Below, piece by piece: positions 36,465 through 49,479 of a stretch of DNA of 64,000 bases. The stretch is taken from the NCBI GenBank assembly GCA_036785375.1, contig JAWMAR010000008.1:12586001-12650000 (forward strand). The letters are read 5' to 3'. This DNA comes from Leucoraja ocellata. Taxonomy: Eukaryota. The notes under the pieces were generated by a model. It saw only the letters and a list, made by a program, of their open reading frames with translations. It searched no databases and was not told the DNA's origin. Position 1 is the stretch's first letter, and every line of letters begins with the position of its first letter. The position numbers and the translations under genes are program-made.

Positions 36465-37016
36465 TATAACTCACAATCAACTATGTCTATGTCCACACCC
36501 ACAACAGGAACTGTTTGTGACAGAGGCGAGGGGGGCACTGGTGATTACAGTGGCCCCAACATCAATGACAAGCACACACAACTTCACTCACCCCATCACT
36601 TCCACACCCACACCCCTTCCACACCCACACCCCTTCTCTCATCCCACATCTCCCAACCCATCCTCTCTCATTACCACCCTCTTTCAACACACCCCCTCTC
36701 TCCATGCCCCTCCACACACCCTCCACCCTTTCTCTCACCCGACAACTCCCACCCCATTCCCACCCTCACCTCCCACAGCCCATCACCCCATCCCCTCTCT
36801 CATTTTACCCTCTTCCCACCCCTCCTCCCTCACTCCCCCCTCAGTCTCTCAGCACCACCACCCATTCGTAACATCCCCAGCTGATGTGCATCTCCACTCT
36901 TACCCCACCCCTCATGGCACTGCCCACCCCCATGGATCAAGGATGCCCTCCTGGGTATAATCTCCATCCCCAACAGACTCTGGGAACCAGGGACGTCACT
37001 GGCCTCAGGCAGAGAG

Positions 37017-37058
<42 letters not shown>
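37017..37058 (+). repeat. (TG)n(CG)n microsatellite in the UNC119 3' UTR
   Basis: Seen directly. Confidence 0.9.
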
Positions 37059-38014
37059 GCAGGTGTGTGTGAGGGAGTGTGCATGTGTACGGACCCAGGC
37101 TCTGGTGAGAATGAACGGCGTCCCACTGCCAATTCATTCACTAAGCCCAGGGTCACAACTGCAACCCACCCACCCCACTTGTGTGCGAGGGATGGAGGGG
37201 ACCACGTGCGTGTGCGTGTGGGAGGGGAGTAGATATGTCCGTGTAGAGGGGGAGGGGCAAGTGTGTCAGAAGACGAGTGGTCCCAATGGATGATGAAAGA
37301 TGAACCCATAGAGGGGGAATTGCTGCCCGCGATGTCCGAGCAACTGTGGGGAGGGTGGGGCAGTGGGCACCGATGCCGGGGGGGGAGGGGGGGGGGGGGG
37401 ATGAGGGCCGGGGCAGCGGAAACACACATCCCCTACCCAGCACCGGCCACAAACAAGCTGCTCCACTAAGCCCACCGCAGAGTGATAGGTGGGTGGGTGG
37501 GGTGGGTGGGTGGGGTGGGCTTAGGGGAGCAGCATGTTTGTGTCCAGCCGCCACTCCCTCCCCTCACCTCCCACTGGGCTGCCGCCCCTAGGCAGGAGGG
37601 AGGAGAGGGAGCAGCATCGCCCGGCCCTGACTCACACTGCGAGGTGCCCACACCCCCACCCCCACCCCCACCGGGACCTTGGGATCCTGCACACCTTCTG
37701 CCGGGCAGTCAACGGGTGGGAGCAGCACCCATGGGTGGCCCTGACCATGTGCGAGGTGCCTTGTCTGGGATCCATCCCCCTGGGGGAGGGGTGGGGGGGA
37801 GAAGAGCACAGACTCGGGTCCGCAAGTTAACCACCCTACACTACCAGTACATCACCCAGTTACCGGTCCCCAGTAGACAGGCAGCACCCCTGGGTGCCAC
37901 GGGAATAATCCCCTGGGGAGACAGCCCGGAATGAGGGGGAGGGGGTGTGTTCTGAGAGTGCTGAGGAGAGGTCCTGGCGACGTCGTGGCTCCAGGGGTCC
38001 GGGGTCCGGGGGGC

Positions 38015-38127
38015 TCAGGGGCCGCTCCCGTAGGCGTAGTCGGCCTTGTTGTGCATCACCAGCTTGTTGTCCACAAAGTAGAAGCTATCGGAGCGGGTGT
38101 GGTAGGGCCGGGCGGACATCTCCTGGA
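38015..38127 (-). CDS. UNC119: UNC119 exon 5, terminal (113 nt incl. TGA)
   Basis: [37 protein letters not shown]. The five exons total 675 nt = 224 aa. Confidence 0.96.
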
Positions 38128-39144
38128 CTGGGGCACGAGGGAGGAGTGCAGTTAGAGCGTGCCTTGGACCAGCAGCAGGCAACCCGCGTGCGGGGCACAG
38201 GAGGCCAATCGGCCCATCGAGTCCCTGCTGTGCCCTCTGCAGACAAGCTGGTTAAATACCCCTAGAGATGGCCTCCCCTGCACGTCTACCCTCAGCATCT
38301 TTACCCCATGCCCCCGCTGATCCAGCTGTGTACAGCTGCAGCACCAACACCTGTGAAACTTAAGGGGCAACTCTTTCACACAGAGGGGGGTGGGTATATG
38401 GAACGAGTCGCCAGAGGAAATGACGGAGGCAGTTGCTATAACTATATGCAGGTTAAGATAATCGTACAGCACAGGTTTTTGAGGGTTATGGCTTTGCCTT
38501 TAGAAAGGAGATGAGGAGGAATTTCTTTAGCCACAGGCTGGTGAATTTGTGGAATCCATTACCACAGATGGCTGTGGAGGACAAGTCAATGGATATTTTT
38601 AAAGCGGAGGCTGATAGGTCGATTAATAAAGGTGTCAAAGGTTACGGGGAGAAGGCAGAGAATGGGATTGAGAGGGAAAGATAGAACGGCCATGATTGAA
38701 TGGGGGAGTGGATCGATGGGCTGAATGGCCTAATATTTGCTCCTATGCTTGATGAACATGCAACAAAGGGAAATGGGATTTGATCTAGACGGGCATCCTG
38801 GGCAGCACAGACGAGTTGGGCCGAAGGGCCTTACGGTGTGCTGTACTGCTCGGACTCTATGCTGAGGTTCAGGAACATCGGAGATTTCAGGATATTGTGG
38901 GAACTGCCGACGGAGAGGCTGCGGTCAGTCCGTGGACCCGAGCTGAGCGAAGGGGCAAGAGGAGCATCAAAGGGGGTTGAAACACAGACTGAGCTCAACT
39001 CTGTGATGGTAGGGCAGGAGAGGGGCCGAACGGCCTCTCACTGCTGCTGTCCAAGCCGGAGGGGCCGGCAGGACGAGGGGTGGTGAGGGTGGGCAGAGTG
39101 AGGGGTGGTGAGCGTGAGGGGGGGGGGGGCATGAACATACTCAC

Positions 39145-39317
39145 TCAGCTCCTCGGACAACTGGGGAAAGTCGTAGATGTGCTCGCAGGTGTTCTTGCTG
39201 CCGGGGATGCAGAAACCAAACTCAAAGTCAAAGCTCTTGAGCAGCTGCTCCCGGAAGTAGTGCCTCTCGATCATCCGGAAATTGTTGATGGGTTTGTCAC
39301 CCACAGTGAACTCCACC
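39145..39317 (-). CDS. UNC119: UNC119 exon 4 (173 nt)
   Basis: [57 protein letters not shown]; AG/GT boundaries. Confidence 0.97.
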
Positions 39318-39405
39318 CTGCCGGGGAGAAGGGGAAATGACCATGACTGGGCACAATATCATGGGGTCAGCACCCCCACCCCGACCCCCACCCTGGCCTG
39401 AACTA

Positions 39406-39905
39406 CATAGAAACATAGAAAATATGTGCAGGAGTAGGCCATTCGGCTCTTCAAGCCTGCACCGCCATTCAATATGATCATGGCTGATCATTCAACTCAG
39501 TATCCCATCCCTGCCTTCTCTCCATACCCCCTGATCCCTTTAGCCACAAGGGCCGCATATAACTCCCTCTTAAATATAGCCAATGAACTGGCCTCAACTA
39601 CCTTCTGCGGCAGAGAATTCCACAGATTCACCACTCTCTGTGTAAAAAATTATTTTCTCATCTCGGTCCTAAAAGACTTCCCTCTTATCCTTAAACTGTG
39701 ACCCCTAGTTCTGGACTTCCCTAACATCGGGAATAATCTTCCTGCATCTAGCCTGTCCAACCGCTTAAGAATTTTGTAAGTTTCTATAAGATCCCCCCTC
39801 AATCTTCTAAATTCTAGCAAGTACAAGCCGAGTTTATCCAGTCTTTTTTTCATATGAAAGTCCTGCCATCCCTGGAATCAGTCTGGTGAACCTTCTCTGT
39901 TCTCC
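39406..39905 (-). mobile_element. CR1 LINE 3' fragment
   Basis: RLDKLGLYLLEFRRLRGDLIETYKIL...TRGHSLRIRG. Confidence 0.85.
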
Positions 39906-40377
39906 CTCGACATCCCCCCCCTTCCCCCGCCCCCACTCCCCACCTGACCCAGAGACCCCCCCCCCCCCACACACACTCGACCTAGACACCACCCTCCATC
40001 AGGCCCAGAGACCCCCTCCCACCCCCCACCTGGTCTTGAAACCCCCCACCCCGAGTAACACCCACCCAACACAGGCCCAGAAACCCCCTCCCACACCCGG
40101 CCCAGGGCCCACCCGCTACCTGGCAAAGAGACCACTCCCCACCCCAAACTACACTCACCCCTCTCTTTGGCCAGAGACCCCCCCCCCCCTCCACCACCCA
40201 CCAAACAAAGAACCCCCCCCCCCCCCCCCCACCCACACTCACCCACCCCACCCCCAACCCCCTCTCGGCCCAGAGACCCCCACCCCAGGGGAAACCCCTA
40301 CAGAGAAGTGGAGGAAGGAGTGAGTGATTCTGCGGGGGTCCCCTTCCCCCTCCCTCCCCGGGGTCAGGGGGACTCAC

Positions 40378-40480
40378 GTGGCGCCGACCTGACGCAGACG
40401 CAGGAAGGCGGGCGTGAACTGGTAGCGCACGAACCGTCCGGCATTGGCATCGGTCTCCTTGCGGTCACACTGATCCCGCT
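40378..40480 (-). CDS. UNC119: UNC119 exon 3 (103 nt)
   Basis: [35 protein letters not shown]; ttgcag acceptor, AC|GTGAGT donor. Confidence 0.96.
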
Positions 40481-40689
40481 CTGCAACAACATGGAGACCA
40501 GTTAGCGGGAACGCCGGGATCGGGAGCACAGCCGGGGGGGAGGCGGGGTGGGGGGGGGGTCAGATCATCTGCTCCACCCTAGGGAGAGCACCATGCACGC
40601 TGGGGTGGGGGGAGTTCAGGTCCTGGGGTGATCCCGAGCGATCTAACGGGTTGCTTGTGCTCTGGGTCTTTTATTTATTTACCTGGCAT

Positions 40690-41530
40690 CAAGGGCAAGG
40701 TGAGCAGTTATTGCCCTCCCCTTGATACCCGTCAGCAGGTGGGCATGTGGGGGAGAGACTCCTAGCGAGGATGAAGGAATGGAGGTATTTCCAGGCCACG
40801 GTGGGAAAGCCACCGGATGTGAGGGTAGGTGTTGGATGGAGAGGGTTGTTCACTGGGACTGACGTGGCACAGATGGTGCCTTTCATGTACCAGCCGGTGC
40901 CTGGACGTTGCCCGGGTCTTGCTGCCTTCAGGCAACAGGCAGCTTCACCCACTGAGGGGATGTGAATAGAGATGAACCCTATGCCACTAGTGGCCATGCC
41001 CACCCCTGACCTTCGGATGGAGGGACGGTCACTGATGGAGCAGCAGAAGGTGGCTGGGTCCAGGACCCTGCCCTGAGCAACTCCCACACTGATGGCCTGG
41101 GGCTGGCGCGAGTGACTCCGACCATCATCTGACCCCGGTGCCCACTGACCAGTTTACCCGGGCTCCCACACTGGGCCATCGCCCCCCTTGTGGTGAGGTC
41201 TGGAGCCGAGGGTCCCGGTGGAACTCGAAACGGCCGGTTGCTGGTGAGCACCCCCCCCCCCCTCCGCCCCCCACATTGATGGCTGGGATTATCCTGCTGT
41301 TGGTGAACAGGACTTCCCTGGGCAGTGTCCCGATCATCGGACAAATGTTGGAACTGGGTTGGAGCAGCTGGCCAGAGGTGTACGTCGAGGAGCGCAGGCT
41401 CTCAGTGCCACAGCGGGGGTGGGGGTCGAGTCTTGTGCTCACTGGCATCCAGGGGTGTCACAGTTCCGTGATATTGGTGAATTGGAGCGGCTGGAGACAG
41501 GCTCTGGGGAGGTGGGAACTCGAAAGGGTC
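40690..41530 (-). mobile_element. Old non-LTR reverse-transcriptase relic in UNC119 intron 2
   Basis: GVAQGRVLDPATFCCSISDRPS resembles the GVPQGSVLGP.LF..FINDLPS RT motif; heavily degenerate. Confidence 0.55.
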
Positions 41531-41716
41531 GACATGTCGAAGGGAAAGTACTCAGAGACTGGCCCTGTAAGGGGCAGCAACCCACTCTGCCCTTTGACCC
41601 ACTATCCCACCCACCCCTCGGCCCACTCAGCTGTGCCCATCCTCGGGAGGGTCCCCGGCAGTGCGGTCAGTGCCAGTGTGGGGGGACGTTCATCACGGAG
41701 CACGGCCATGACTCAC

Positions 41717-41830
41717 CCGCCGCGGGGGGCTTGGTGATCTCAAACAGCACGGCCCCCGACTCCATGTCCCGGATCTTGAACCTCGTGAAGTCAATGTTGT
41801 AGACGTTGTCCTCGGGGGCGCACAGGTACC
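41717..41830 (-). CDS. UNC119: UNC119 exon 2 (114 nt)
   Basis: [38 protein letters not shown]; AG/GT boundaries. Confidence 0.96.
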
Positions 41831-41889
41831 CTGGGGGGCGGGGAGAGACGGGCGTCAATCATCACTGAGGCTAAACATCAACATCAATG

Positions 41890-42400
41890 CAGATACCCAG
41901 CCCCAGAGTCCCAGGACCTCGCCCCAACCCTGCACCCACGGACATCAGCCCCTGCCCCAGGACCTTCCACATACACCATTGACCCCTGCACAAGACCCCC
42001 TCCCCCCCCCACCCCTGATACTGACTGGGACCTCCCCCTAACCCTGGAACCACCCACTCCTGACCCTGACCCTAGGACCCACCCTCTCCTGACCCCTGTC
42101 CCTGAGCCTAAGACTCCCCTTCCCACCCCTGACCCCAACCCTGGGACTCCTGACATCGACCCTGAGAGCCCCCGACCCTGACCCTGACCCTGGGATTGAC
42201 CCCCACCTCTGACCCTGGGTTCCCCCACCCCTAACCCAGGCCCAGGGACCCCCACCCCTGACCCCACCCCCACCCTTGACCCCAACCCTGGGATCCCCCC
42301 ACCTCTGACCCTGGGATCCCCGACCTCGAACCTGGGACCTCCTGATTGCGACTCTGGGACTCCCCCTCCCCCTCCCAGCCCAATGACCTCCCACCTCCGA
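41890..42400 (+). repeat. Degenerate C-rich repeat (CCCTGACCCC / CCCTGGGA)
   Basis: Low-complexity tandem array in UNC119 intron 1. Confidence 0.7.
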
Positions 42401-43488
42401 CACTAATCCCTGTACAGGATCTCCCCAATCCCTCACCCTCTGCTCACAAATACACCAACAAAACAGCCCCTTCGGCCCATCATATCTGTGCCAACCATCA
42501 ACCAACCGTGGACATTAATCTAATTCTATTCTTCCCACATTCCCGTAACCCCAACTCTACCACTCACCTACACGGGGGGGAGGGGGAGGGTCATTACAGC
42601 AGCTGATTAACCTACCACCCCACACGTCTTAAGGATGCGAGATGACTCTGGAGCACCCTGGAGAAACAGGGAGAACATGCAGACTCCACACAGGCAGCAC
42701 CCAGGTCAGGATTGCACAGCAGCCACTGGACAAGGTGCCCAGACTGGTCTGGTCACTGCAATGCCAGAGGCACAGCGAGGGTAAGGGGGGAGGGGGGGGT
42801 CTCATCATGCACAGCACAACTCCCGTGTGGGACTACAAGCAGGAATAGCGGGTAAAGCATAGAACTGATGAACAGGCCATTCTGCCCACAAAGTCCATGA
42901 TGAACATGATGCAATATAGAACAGTACAGCACAGGAACAGACCCTTTGGCCCACATTACCTATGGGGACAATATACCAAGTTAAACTAATCCCCTCTGCC
43001 TGCATGAGATCCATATCCCTCCATTACCTGCTTATCCATGTGCCTATCTAATGGCCTCCACCACCATCTTGGCAGTATGTTCCAGGCACCCCCTTACATC
43101 TCTTTTAAACTTTGTCCCACTCGCCGTAAAGCTGTGCCGTCTAGTCTTTGTGTAGTCAAGGGTTATTAATAGCCAGTGCTTATCTGTGAGATTTCCATCC
43201 AGGGGAAAAGATTCCGACTGTCCACCTCTCTGGGTCTCCCATCATTTTACAAACTTCTACCAGGTCTCCCCTCAGCCTCTGATGCTCCAGAGAAAACAAT
43301 CCACGTTTGCCTAACCTCTCCTTATACCTAATACTCCTTAATCCAGGCAGAATTCTGGTAAATCTACTCTGCACCCTTTCCGAAGCCTCTAACCTTCCTG
43401 TGATGGGGTGACCAGAACTGCCAACAATACTCCAAATACAGCGTAGCCAGAAGTCTTGTAGACATGCAACACGACTTACTGACCCTTT

Positions 43489-43712
43489 GCCCCTGTCCCA
43501 CTTAGGAAACCTGAACGGAAACCTCTGGAGACTTTGCGCCCCACCCAAGGTTTCCGTGCGGTTCCCGGAGGTTTTTGTCAGTCTCCCTACCTGCTTCCAC
43601 TACCTGTAACCTCCGGCAACCACCTGCAACCTCCGGGAACCGCACGGAAACCTTGGGTGGGGGGCAAAGTCTCCAGAGGTTTCCGTTCAGGTTTCCTAAG
43701 TGGGACAGGGGC
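43489..43712. mobile_element. MITE with ~85-bp TIRs and the same 14-bp terminus GCCCCTGTCCCACT
   Basis: Near-perfect inverted arms; inserted in a CR1 fragment. Confidence 0.8.
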
Positions 43713-43835
43713 ATTATTACTCAATGCTGCAAATAATCCAAGCATGCCACACACCTCCTCTACCACTTGTGTTGCCACTTTCTGTGAGCTGCAGAATTGG
43801 ACCCCAAGTTCCCTCTGTACATCAATACTAGGAAG

Positions 43836-43857
43836 CAAAGATCCTATAGCATCTTTG
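43836..43857. mobile_element. 22-bp hairpin micro-element with 8-bp TSD
   Basis: CTAGGAAG [CAAAGATCCTATAGCATCTTTG] CTAGGAAG. Confidence 0.75.
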
Positions 43858-44689
43858 CTAGGAAGGGTCTTGTCACTAGACACTTCCGAGTGAGTTAAGG
43901 CTTTGAGCAGGAGGATGCTGGTCTTGGTTCGACTACTGCTTGTGGGCAGAGTTCCCATTTCACCCTCTGAGTGCTGATGTGACAGCAGCAGAGAGGGGGT
44001 GCAGACAGGTTTGCACCCCGAGTCTTTGAGTTACAAACAGGTAGGTTTTTCTTCAGCAGAAATCTGGCAGGCAGCATTCACAACCAGCGATGGGAGAGCT
44101 GCAGAATGTCGATCAGCCAGATTAGAGTGGTAGCAGGGCACAAGGCATCACTCTCACTGCCCGCCCGGCCTTGCTGCAACAGTCGAGTGCAGCCTAATCT
44201 CACAGATAAGCACTGGCTATTAATAACCCTTGACTACACACAGCTTCACCCAGCCTCTCTCCCCTGTGCCTGCCCACTCCCTGCGTCTGATTGACCACTG
44301 ATTCAACTACCAGCCGGGGACTAGTGCGGGCTGCATCCATCCCCCCCCCCCCCCTCACCTCCTCACGAGGAGGGGGCTCCCTCCGCCCTCGGCTAGGGGG
44401 AGATCCCCTCCCTTCACAACCCATTACAAAAACCACGCCGGTATTGGCCCTGCTGTTAACCCCTTCCCTTCTGACACCACTGAAATCACAAAGACTATGC
44501 TCTGGCATGCTAACGTTTAGTTTACCAAACCAGACACCAGTGATGAGTGCACTCCGGTCATGATGTAAATACATTCTGAAGAAAGGTCCTGACCCAAAAT
44601 ACATGCTATCTATCCCTTTCCCTCCACAGATGCTGCCTGACCTGCTGAGTTTATAGACACAACATGTAAATAGATCTTCAGCCACCAAA

Positions 44690-44941
44690 TCTATGCCAAC
44701 CATTAATCACCGATTCACACACTAGTTCCATGTTATCCCACTTTCCCATCCACATTAGGGGCAATTTACAGAGGCTAATTGACCTAAAAATCCACACATC
44801 ATTGGGATGTGGGAGAAAACTGGAGCACCAGTCACAGGGAAAACATGCAAACTCCGTACAGACAGCCCTCGAGATCAGGATCAAATGCAGGTCTCTGGTG
44901 CAGTGGGGAAGCAGCTCTACCCGCTGCGACACTGTGCCCCC
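44690..44941 (-). mobile_element. V-SINE
   Basis: Reverse-complement SINE motifs. Confidence 0.65.
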
Positions 44942-45484
44942 ACAATGAAGAACAGTGTCGTCTGGCATGTTTTGTTTTACTCACTACTTTCCAGCATCTA
45001 CAGTCTCTTGTCTCTATAAACACAGTCTGCCTTGTGTAGTTGGGAGGTCGATGAGCATTAGTATTCCAGTGGCCACACTTGGAAAAGCAGCTCCTGCACC
45101 AATCCTGACACAAGGAGCCTGCGTTTGCCCGAGCAGTGAAGGCCTCCATTCAGTGGTTCCACTTCCACTGAGGCAGAGGCACAACCAGAGGGACCCAACC
45201 ACAAAATACTGCAGATGCTGGAAATCCAAAATAAAGCCACGAACACTCAGCAGGTCAGGCAGCCTCTGCGCAGGTGGAATCATAACCAACATCTCATATC
45301 AACAAGCTGTCACCAGGTTCAGGACAAATTAGAAACTGATTACTTTTTCAGTTGCCCAGAAGAGGGAGAAGTGGAGAGGAAAAGGGAATGTTTGTGAAAG
45401 GGCAGAGATCATGCAAGGCAGGAATGCCCAAGTGATGCTGGCTCAGAGAGGGCAGTGCAGGCTAGTGGAAATCCAAACTCCTTC

Positions 45485-45757
45485 AGCGGTAGAGTTGCTG
45501 CCTTACAGCGCCACAGACCCAGGTTTGATCCTGACCACGGGTGCTTTCTCCACAGAGTTTGCACGCTCGCCTGTGGCTGTGAGTTTTCTCTTGGTGATCT
45601 GATTTCCACCCATGTTCCAAAGATGTGCAGGTTTGTTGGGTAACTGGCATCTGTGAGTTATCCCCAGAGTGTAGCACAGAACTAGTGTATGGGTGATCCC
45701 TGGGTGACGTAGACTCGGTGGGTCAAAGGGCCTGTTTCCACCCTGTATTGCTAAAAC
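45485..45757 (+). mobile_element. V-SINE
   Basis: CAGCGGTAGAGTTGCTGCCTTACAGCGCC head and AAGGGCCTGTTTCC tail. Confidence 0.65.
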
Positions 45758-45997
45758 AAAACCTTTTTTGGTAAAATCAGATTACTCCATTACCTGGTTG
45801 CTCATAGAACACCACTACCATTGGGATGAAGATGGAGCTTCCCAGGGTCACCACCAGCAGTGGTGATTCCGGTAACTCCATGCCTTCTGTTATCCCAAGT
45901 TGTGTGCCGTGGGACCCCTCCGTTAATTAACATCAGACTCTCCAACATGACACAACACTTACCTCAACTGTGACCTATAGACTCCCTTTGACATGTT

Positions 45998-46326
45998 ATA
46001 GGAGTAAAATTAGGCCATTCAGCACATTAAGTCTACTCTGCCTCCTAATCCCATTCTCCTGCCTTCTGCCCCTAACCCTTGACACCCGTTCTTATCAAGA
46101 ATTTGTCTATCTCTGCCTTAAAAATATCCACTGACTTGGCCTCCACAGCCCTCTGTGGCAATGAGTTCCACAGATTAACTACCCTCAGACTAAAGAAATT
46201 CTTACTCACCTCCTTTCTAAAAGAGTGCCCTTTAATTCTGAGTTCATGACCTCTGGTCCTAGACTCTCCCACCAGTGGAAACATCCTTTCCACATCCTCT
46301 CTATCTATGCCTTTCATTATTCTGTA
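45998..46326 (-). mobile_element. CR1 LINE 3' fragment
   Basis: ESRTRGHELRIKG...RVVNLWNSLPQRAVEA. Confidence 0.8.
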
Positions 46327-46489
46327 ATAATTGGTTACAATAATTAACTACAGGTTTACTTGTACGAGTATTGTGCTTATTGATTTTGTAATCCACCAGT
46401 ATAGACCTGTCCCCACCAGAACTGTACCCCAGTGTTATAGAGACAGACCCATCCCCACCAGTACTGTATTCCAGTGTTATACAGTGAAC

Positions 46490-47445
46490 TGCTGGCCAAA
46501 TGGGCTGAGGAATAGCAAATAGAGTTTAGTGCAGATAAGTGCAAGGTGTTGGATCTTGGTAAGTCAAAGCAGGGCAGGACTTTCAGAATAGATGACAGGT
46601 GAGTGTTGTAGAGCAGTGAGATCTAAGAGTACAGGTACATAACTCCCTGAATGTCGCCTCAAACTTAAGGCAGCTTTCGGTGCATTGGCTTTCGTTAGTC
46701 GAGTATAGGAGTGGGCAGTTATGTTGCAGTTGTACAATATATTGGTGGGGCCACATGTGGAGTATTGTGTTCAGTTTTGGTCACACTGCTATAACAAGGA
46801 TGGCATTAAGCTGGGAAAGGGCAGAGAAGATTTACGAGGATGTTGCAAGGTAACACAAGAGCCTGAGCTATGGGGAGAGAATGGGCAGACTTGGACTTTA
46901 TCCCTTGGAGCGCACAAGGCTGTGGGGTGATCTTATAGAGGTGTATAAGATCATGAGGGCAATAGAAAGGGTGAACGCATTGTCTTCTACACAGGATAGA
47001 GGAATGAAGAACCAGAGAACAGAGGTTTAAAGTTAGAAGGGAAACATTTAATAGGAACCTGAGGGGTAACTTTCTCCACACAGAGGGTGGTGGGATATGG
47101 ATTCAGCTGCCAGAGGAAGTAGTTGAGGCAGGTGCAACATCATCATTTAAAAAAACATTTGGACAAGTACATGGATAGGAAGAGATAGACACATTCCTGA
47201 TTACAACGGGCGTCAAGCCTTATGGGGAGAAGGCAGTAAAATGGGGTTAGGAGGCAGAGATCAGCCATGATTGAATGGTGGAGTAGACTCGATTGGCCAA
47301 ATGACCTAATTCAACCCCTATAACTTGTGAAGGTTTAGAGGGAAATGGGCCAAAGGTGAAGGTGAGATTACTGTAGGACGTATTGGTGGGCATGGACTAG
47401 TAGGGCCAAAGGGCCTGAATCCACACGGTATGATTCCATGACTAT
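46490..47445 (+). mobile_element. CR1 LINE fragment(s)
   Basis: MLQLYNILVGPHVEYCVQFWS and CR1 3' UTR motifs. Confidence 0.8.
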
Positions 47446-47599
47446 ACTGTACCCCAGTATACAGTGACAGACATGTCCCCACCAGTACTGTACCTCAGTG
47501 TTATTCAGTCAGGGGGCGTCTGTGCTTTAGTATTATTTTTTTTTTGCCCTACAATCTTACACCTGGTTCTTTCGAGTTGTTCCTTAGCCTCGTCCCACC

Positions 47600-48560
47600 A
47601 GTGCCGCCCTGAGCTGACCCGCTTGAGCCCGAGCCCGAGCCCGTGCCCAGCACGGTTGGACTAACCCTGGTCTCCCCACCGAGTGACGGCCCCCGTTCGC
47701 CCTGTGTCCCGGGGGCCAGTCCCCGGCCCGCACTCCTCACCCTGGGTGATTCTCTGTAGCCCCAGCACGTCGTCCGGGGTCACGCTCTCCTTCTTCAGCA
47801 GCTCCTCCTCGGTGGTCGCCCACACACCCTCCGGCGCCGACTTCACCTTCATCACGACCGCCTCGGCTTTCTGGGCGGCGCTGCTCAGGGTCCTGGTGCC
47901 CGAGAAACTCATGTCCGAGAGCCGGCCCGGAGCAGAGCCTCAGCCGCTGCCTTCGCTCCGGACTCCGAGCTCTTCAGCTCCGGGCTCCGCTGCCCGGGAC
48001 CCGCTCCTTCAGCCCAGGCTTCGCTGCTTCCCGCAGTTCTCCCTCCGTCCTCAACACCGCTCCCGGCTCTGGACTCCGCTCCCCCGGTTCCAGTCTCTGC
48101 TCCTTCGCTCCCGGCCCCGCTCCACCCGGTGCGGGCTCCTCCGCTCCCCCTGTCCCGGTGCCGGCGCCGCCGCCGCTTCTCTCCGGAGCGGCTGAATGTA
48201 TCCAGCGCGGAGCGCAACACTGCAGCGGGAGGGGGAGTCACGCACCTTTCCATGTCAATACCACCCTCCTCCCTCCACAAAAAAATATCCATTCAAGCTG
48301 CCGCCGCTCGGTTCTCGTACACTGGGCGAGGGAGGAGGGGGTCGCAATTGCCGGCTCCCCGCCGATAAGGCGCCGCAGTTTTTTCCCCTCTTTTTGGCCC
48401 CACTCCCACAAACCCCGAGCTGGGCCAGGATGGTGCAGCCCGCGGGCAGCCGCTTCATTCACAAATAGGGCTTGGCGGGACCGGGGCCACGGTTCCAGCG
48501 CGGTGGGTGCAGGGTGCCCAGTGCGTGTAGGGTGCTGTGGGTGCAGGGTGCCCGGTGCTG
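47600..48560. promoter_or_regulatory. CpG island over UNC119 exon 1 and promoter
   Basis: Visibly high GC and dense CpG compared with the flanks; spans the UNC119 ATG and upstream region. Confidence 0.8.
47741..47912 (-). CDS. UNC119: UNC119 exon 1 (172 nt)
   Basis: MSFSGTRTLSS...MKVK...TTEEELLKKESVTPDDVLGLQRITQ; donor G|GTGAGG; lies in a CpG island. Confidence 0.92.
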
Positions 48561-48923
48561 TGGGTGCAGGTGTAGGATCTAGCCCCTTGATCCATGCCCA
48601 CATTTGACGGGCACAATCTGCCAGCATCGATGGGAATGTGCGGATAATTAAATGGGATAAATGTGGGATCGGTGCAAAGGGTTAGCACGGATTCGGTGGG
48701 ATGAATGGCCTATCTCAATCATCTCATTAACAGTAAGCTGCCAATTCGGAAGAAAAAAATAGAATATACATGGACGAAGGAAGTAATTAAAATTCACACC
48801 ACGATTACAACCTCCTCTTGCCCAGCCATTTGCCTGAAAACAGTTTCCAATTAATCTCGGTGCAGATATAATCACTGTATCTCCGTGCTCCCCAGTTCCG
48901 GTTGCATGGCCAGGGATTAGCAC

Positions 48924-48968
48924 CAAAGATCCTATAGCGGAGATCTTTGATAAGATATAAGATCTTTG
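48924..48968. mobile_element. 45-bp hairpin micro-element with 8-bp TSD
   Basis: ATTAGCAC [CAAAGATCCTATAGCGGAGATCTTTGATAAGATATAAGATCTTTG] ATTAGCAC. Confidence 0.75.
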
Positions 48969-49226
48969 ATTAGCACTACCATGGCCCTCCGCTTTGGGAT
49001 TGACTCCCTCAACCTTTCCACCCCCTCTCGCTTGTTTCTTCCTTTACGGTGCTCCTGAGTCCCCGTCTCTTTGACCAGGCTGGTCTGGATTTCCACTGGA
49101 ACATGAATGTTAAACTCCAGTGCAGTTTAGGAAACGCTGCCTTGCCATTAGTATCTGGGTTCCAGTCAAGATGTTACCCTGAAGTCCTGATAACTATTGT
49201 ATCCAAAGGTCATTCTACCTTACGTG

Positions 49227-49400
49227 AAGCTAGACAAAAATGCTGGAGAATCTCAGCGGGTGAGGCAACATCTATGGAGCGAAGGAAATAGGCGACGTTT
49301 CGAGTCTCGACTTCGCTCCATAGATGCTGCCTCATCCGCTGATTTTTTCCCTGCATTTTTGTCTACCTTCCATTTTCCAGCATCTGCAGTTCCTTCTTAA
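49227..49400. mobile_element. Palindromic PLE-derived insertion
   Basis: Same arms (GCTGGAGAA.CTCAGCGGGTG...CTATGGAGCGAAGG) and tail CCAGCATCTGCAGTTCCTTCTTAAAC. Confidence 0.7.
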
Positions 49401-49479
49401 ACATTTCGTCTACCTTATTTGACATAACTTCTAACAAAATCTACTCTCAACCTAAGTGGACTCGAAACTAGACACTACA

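Noticed and set aside
36483-37934. Many overlapping Pro/His/Gly-rich ORFs
   Set aside because: Low-complexity, C/G-skewed UNC119 3' UTR; no splice or homology support.
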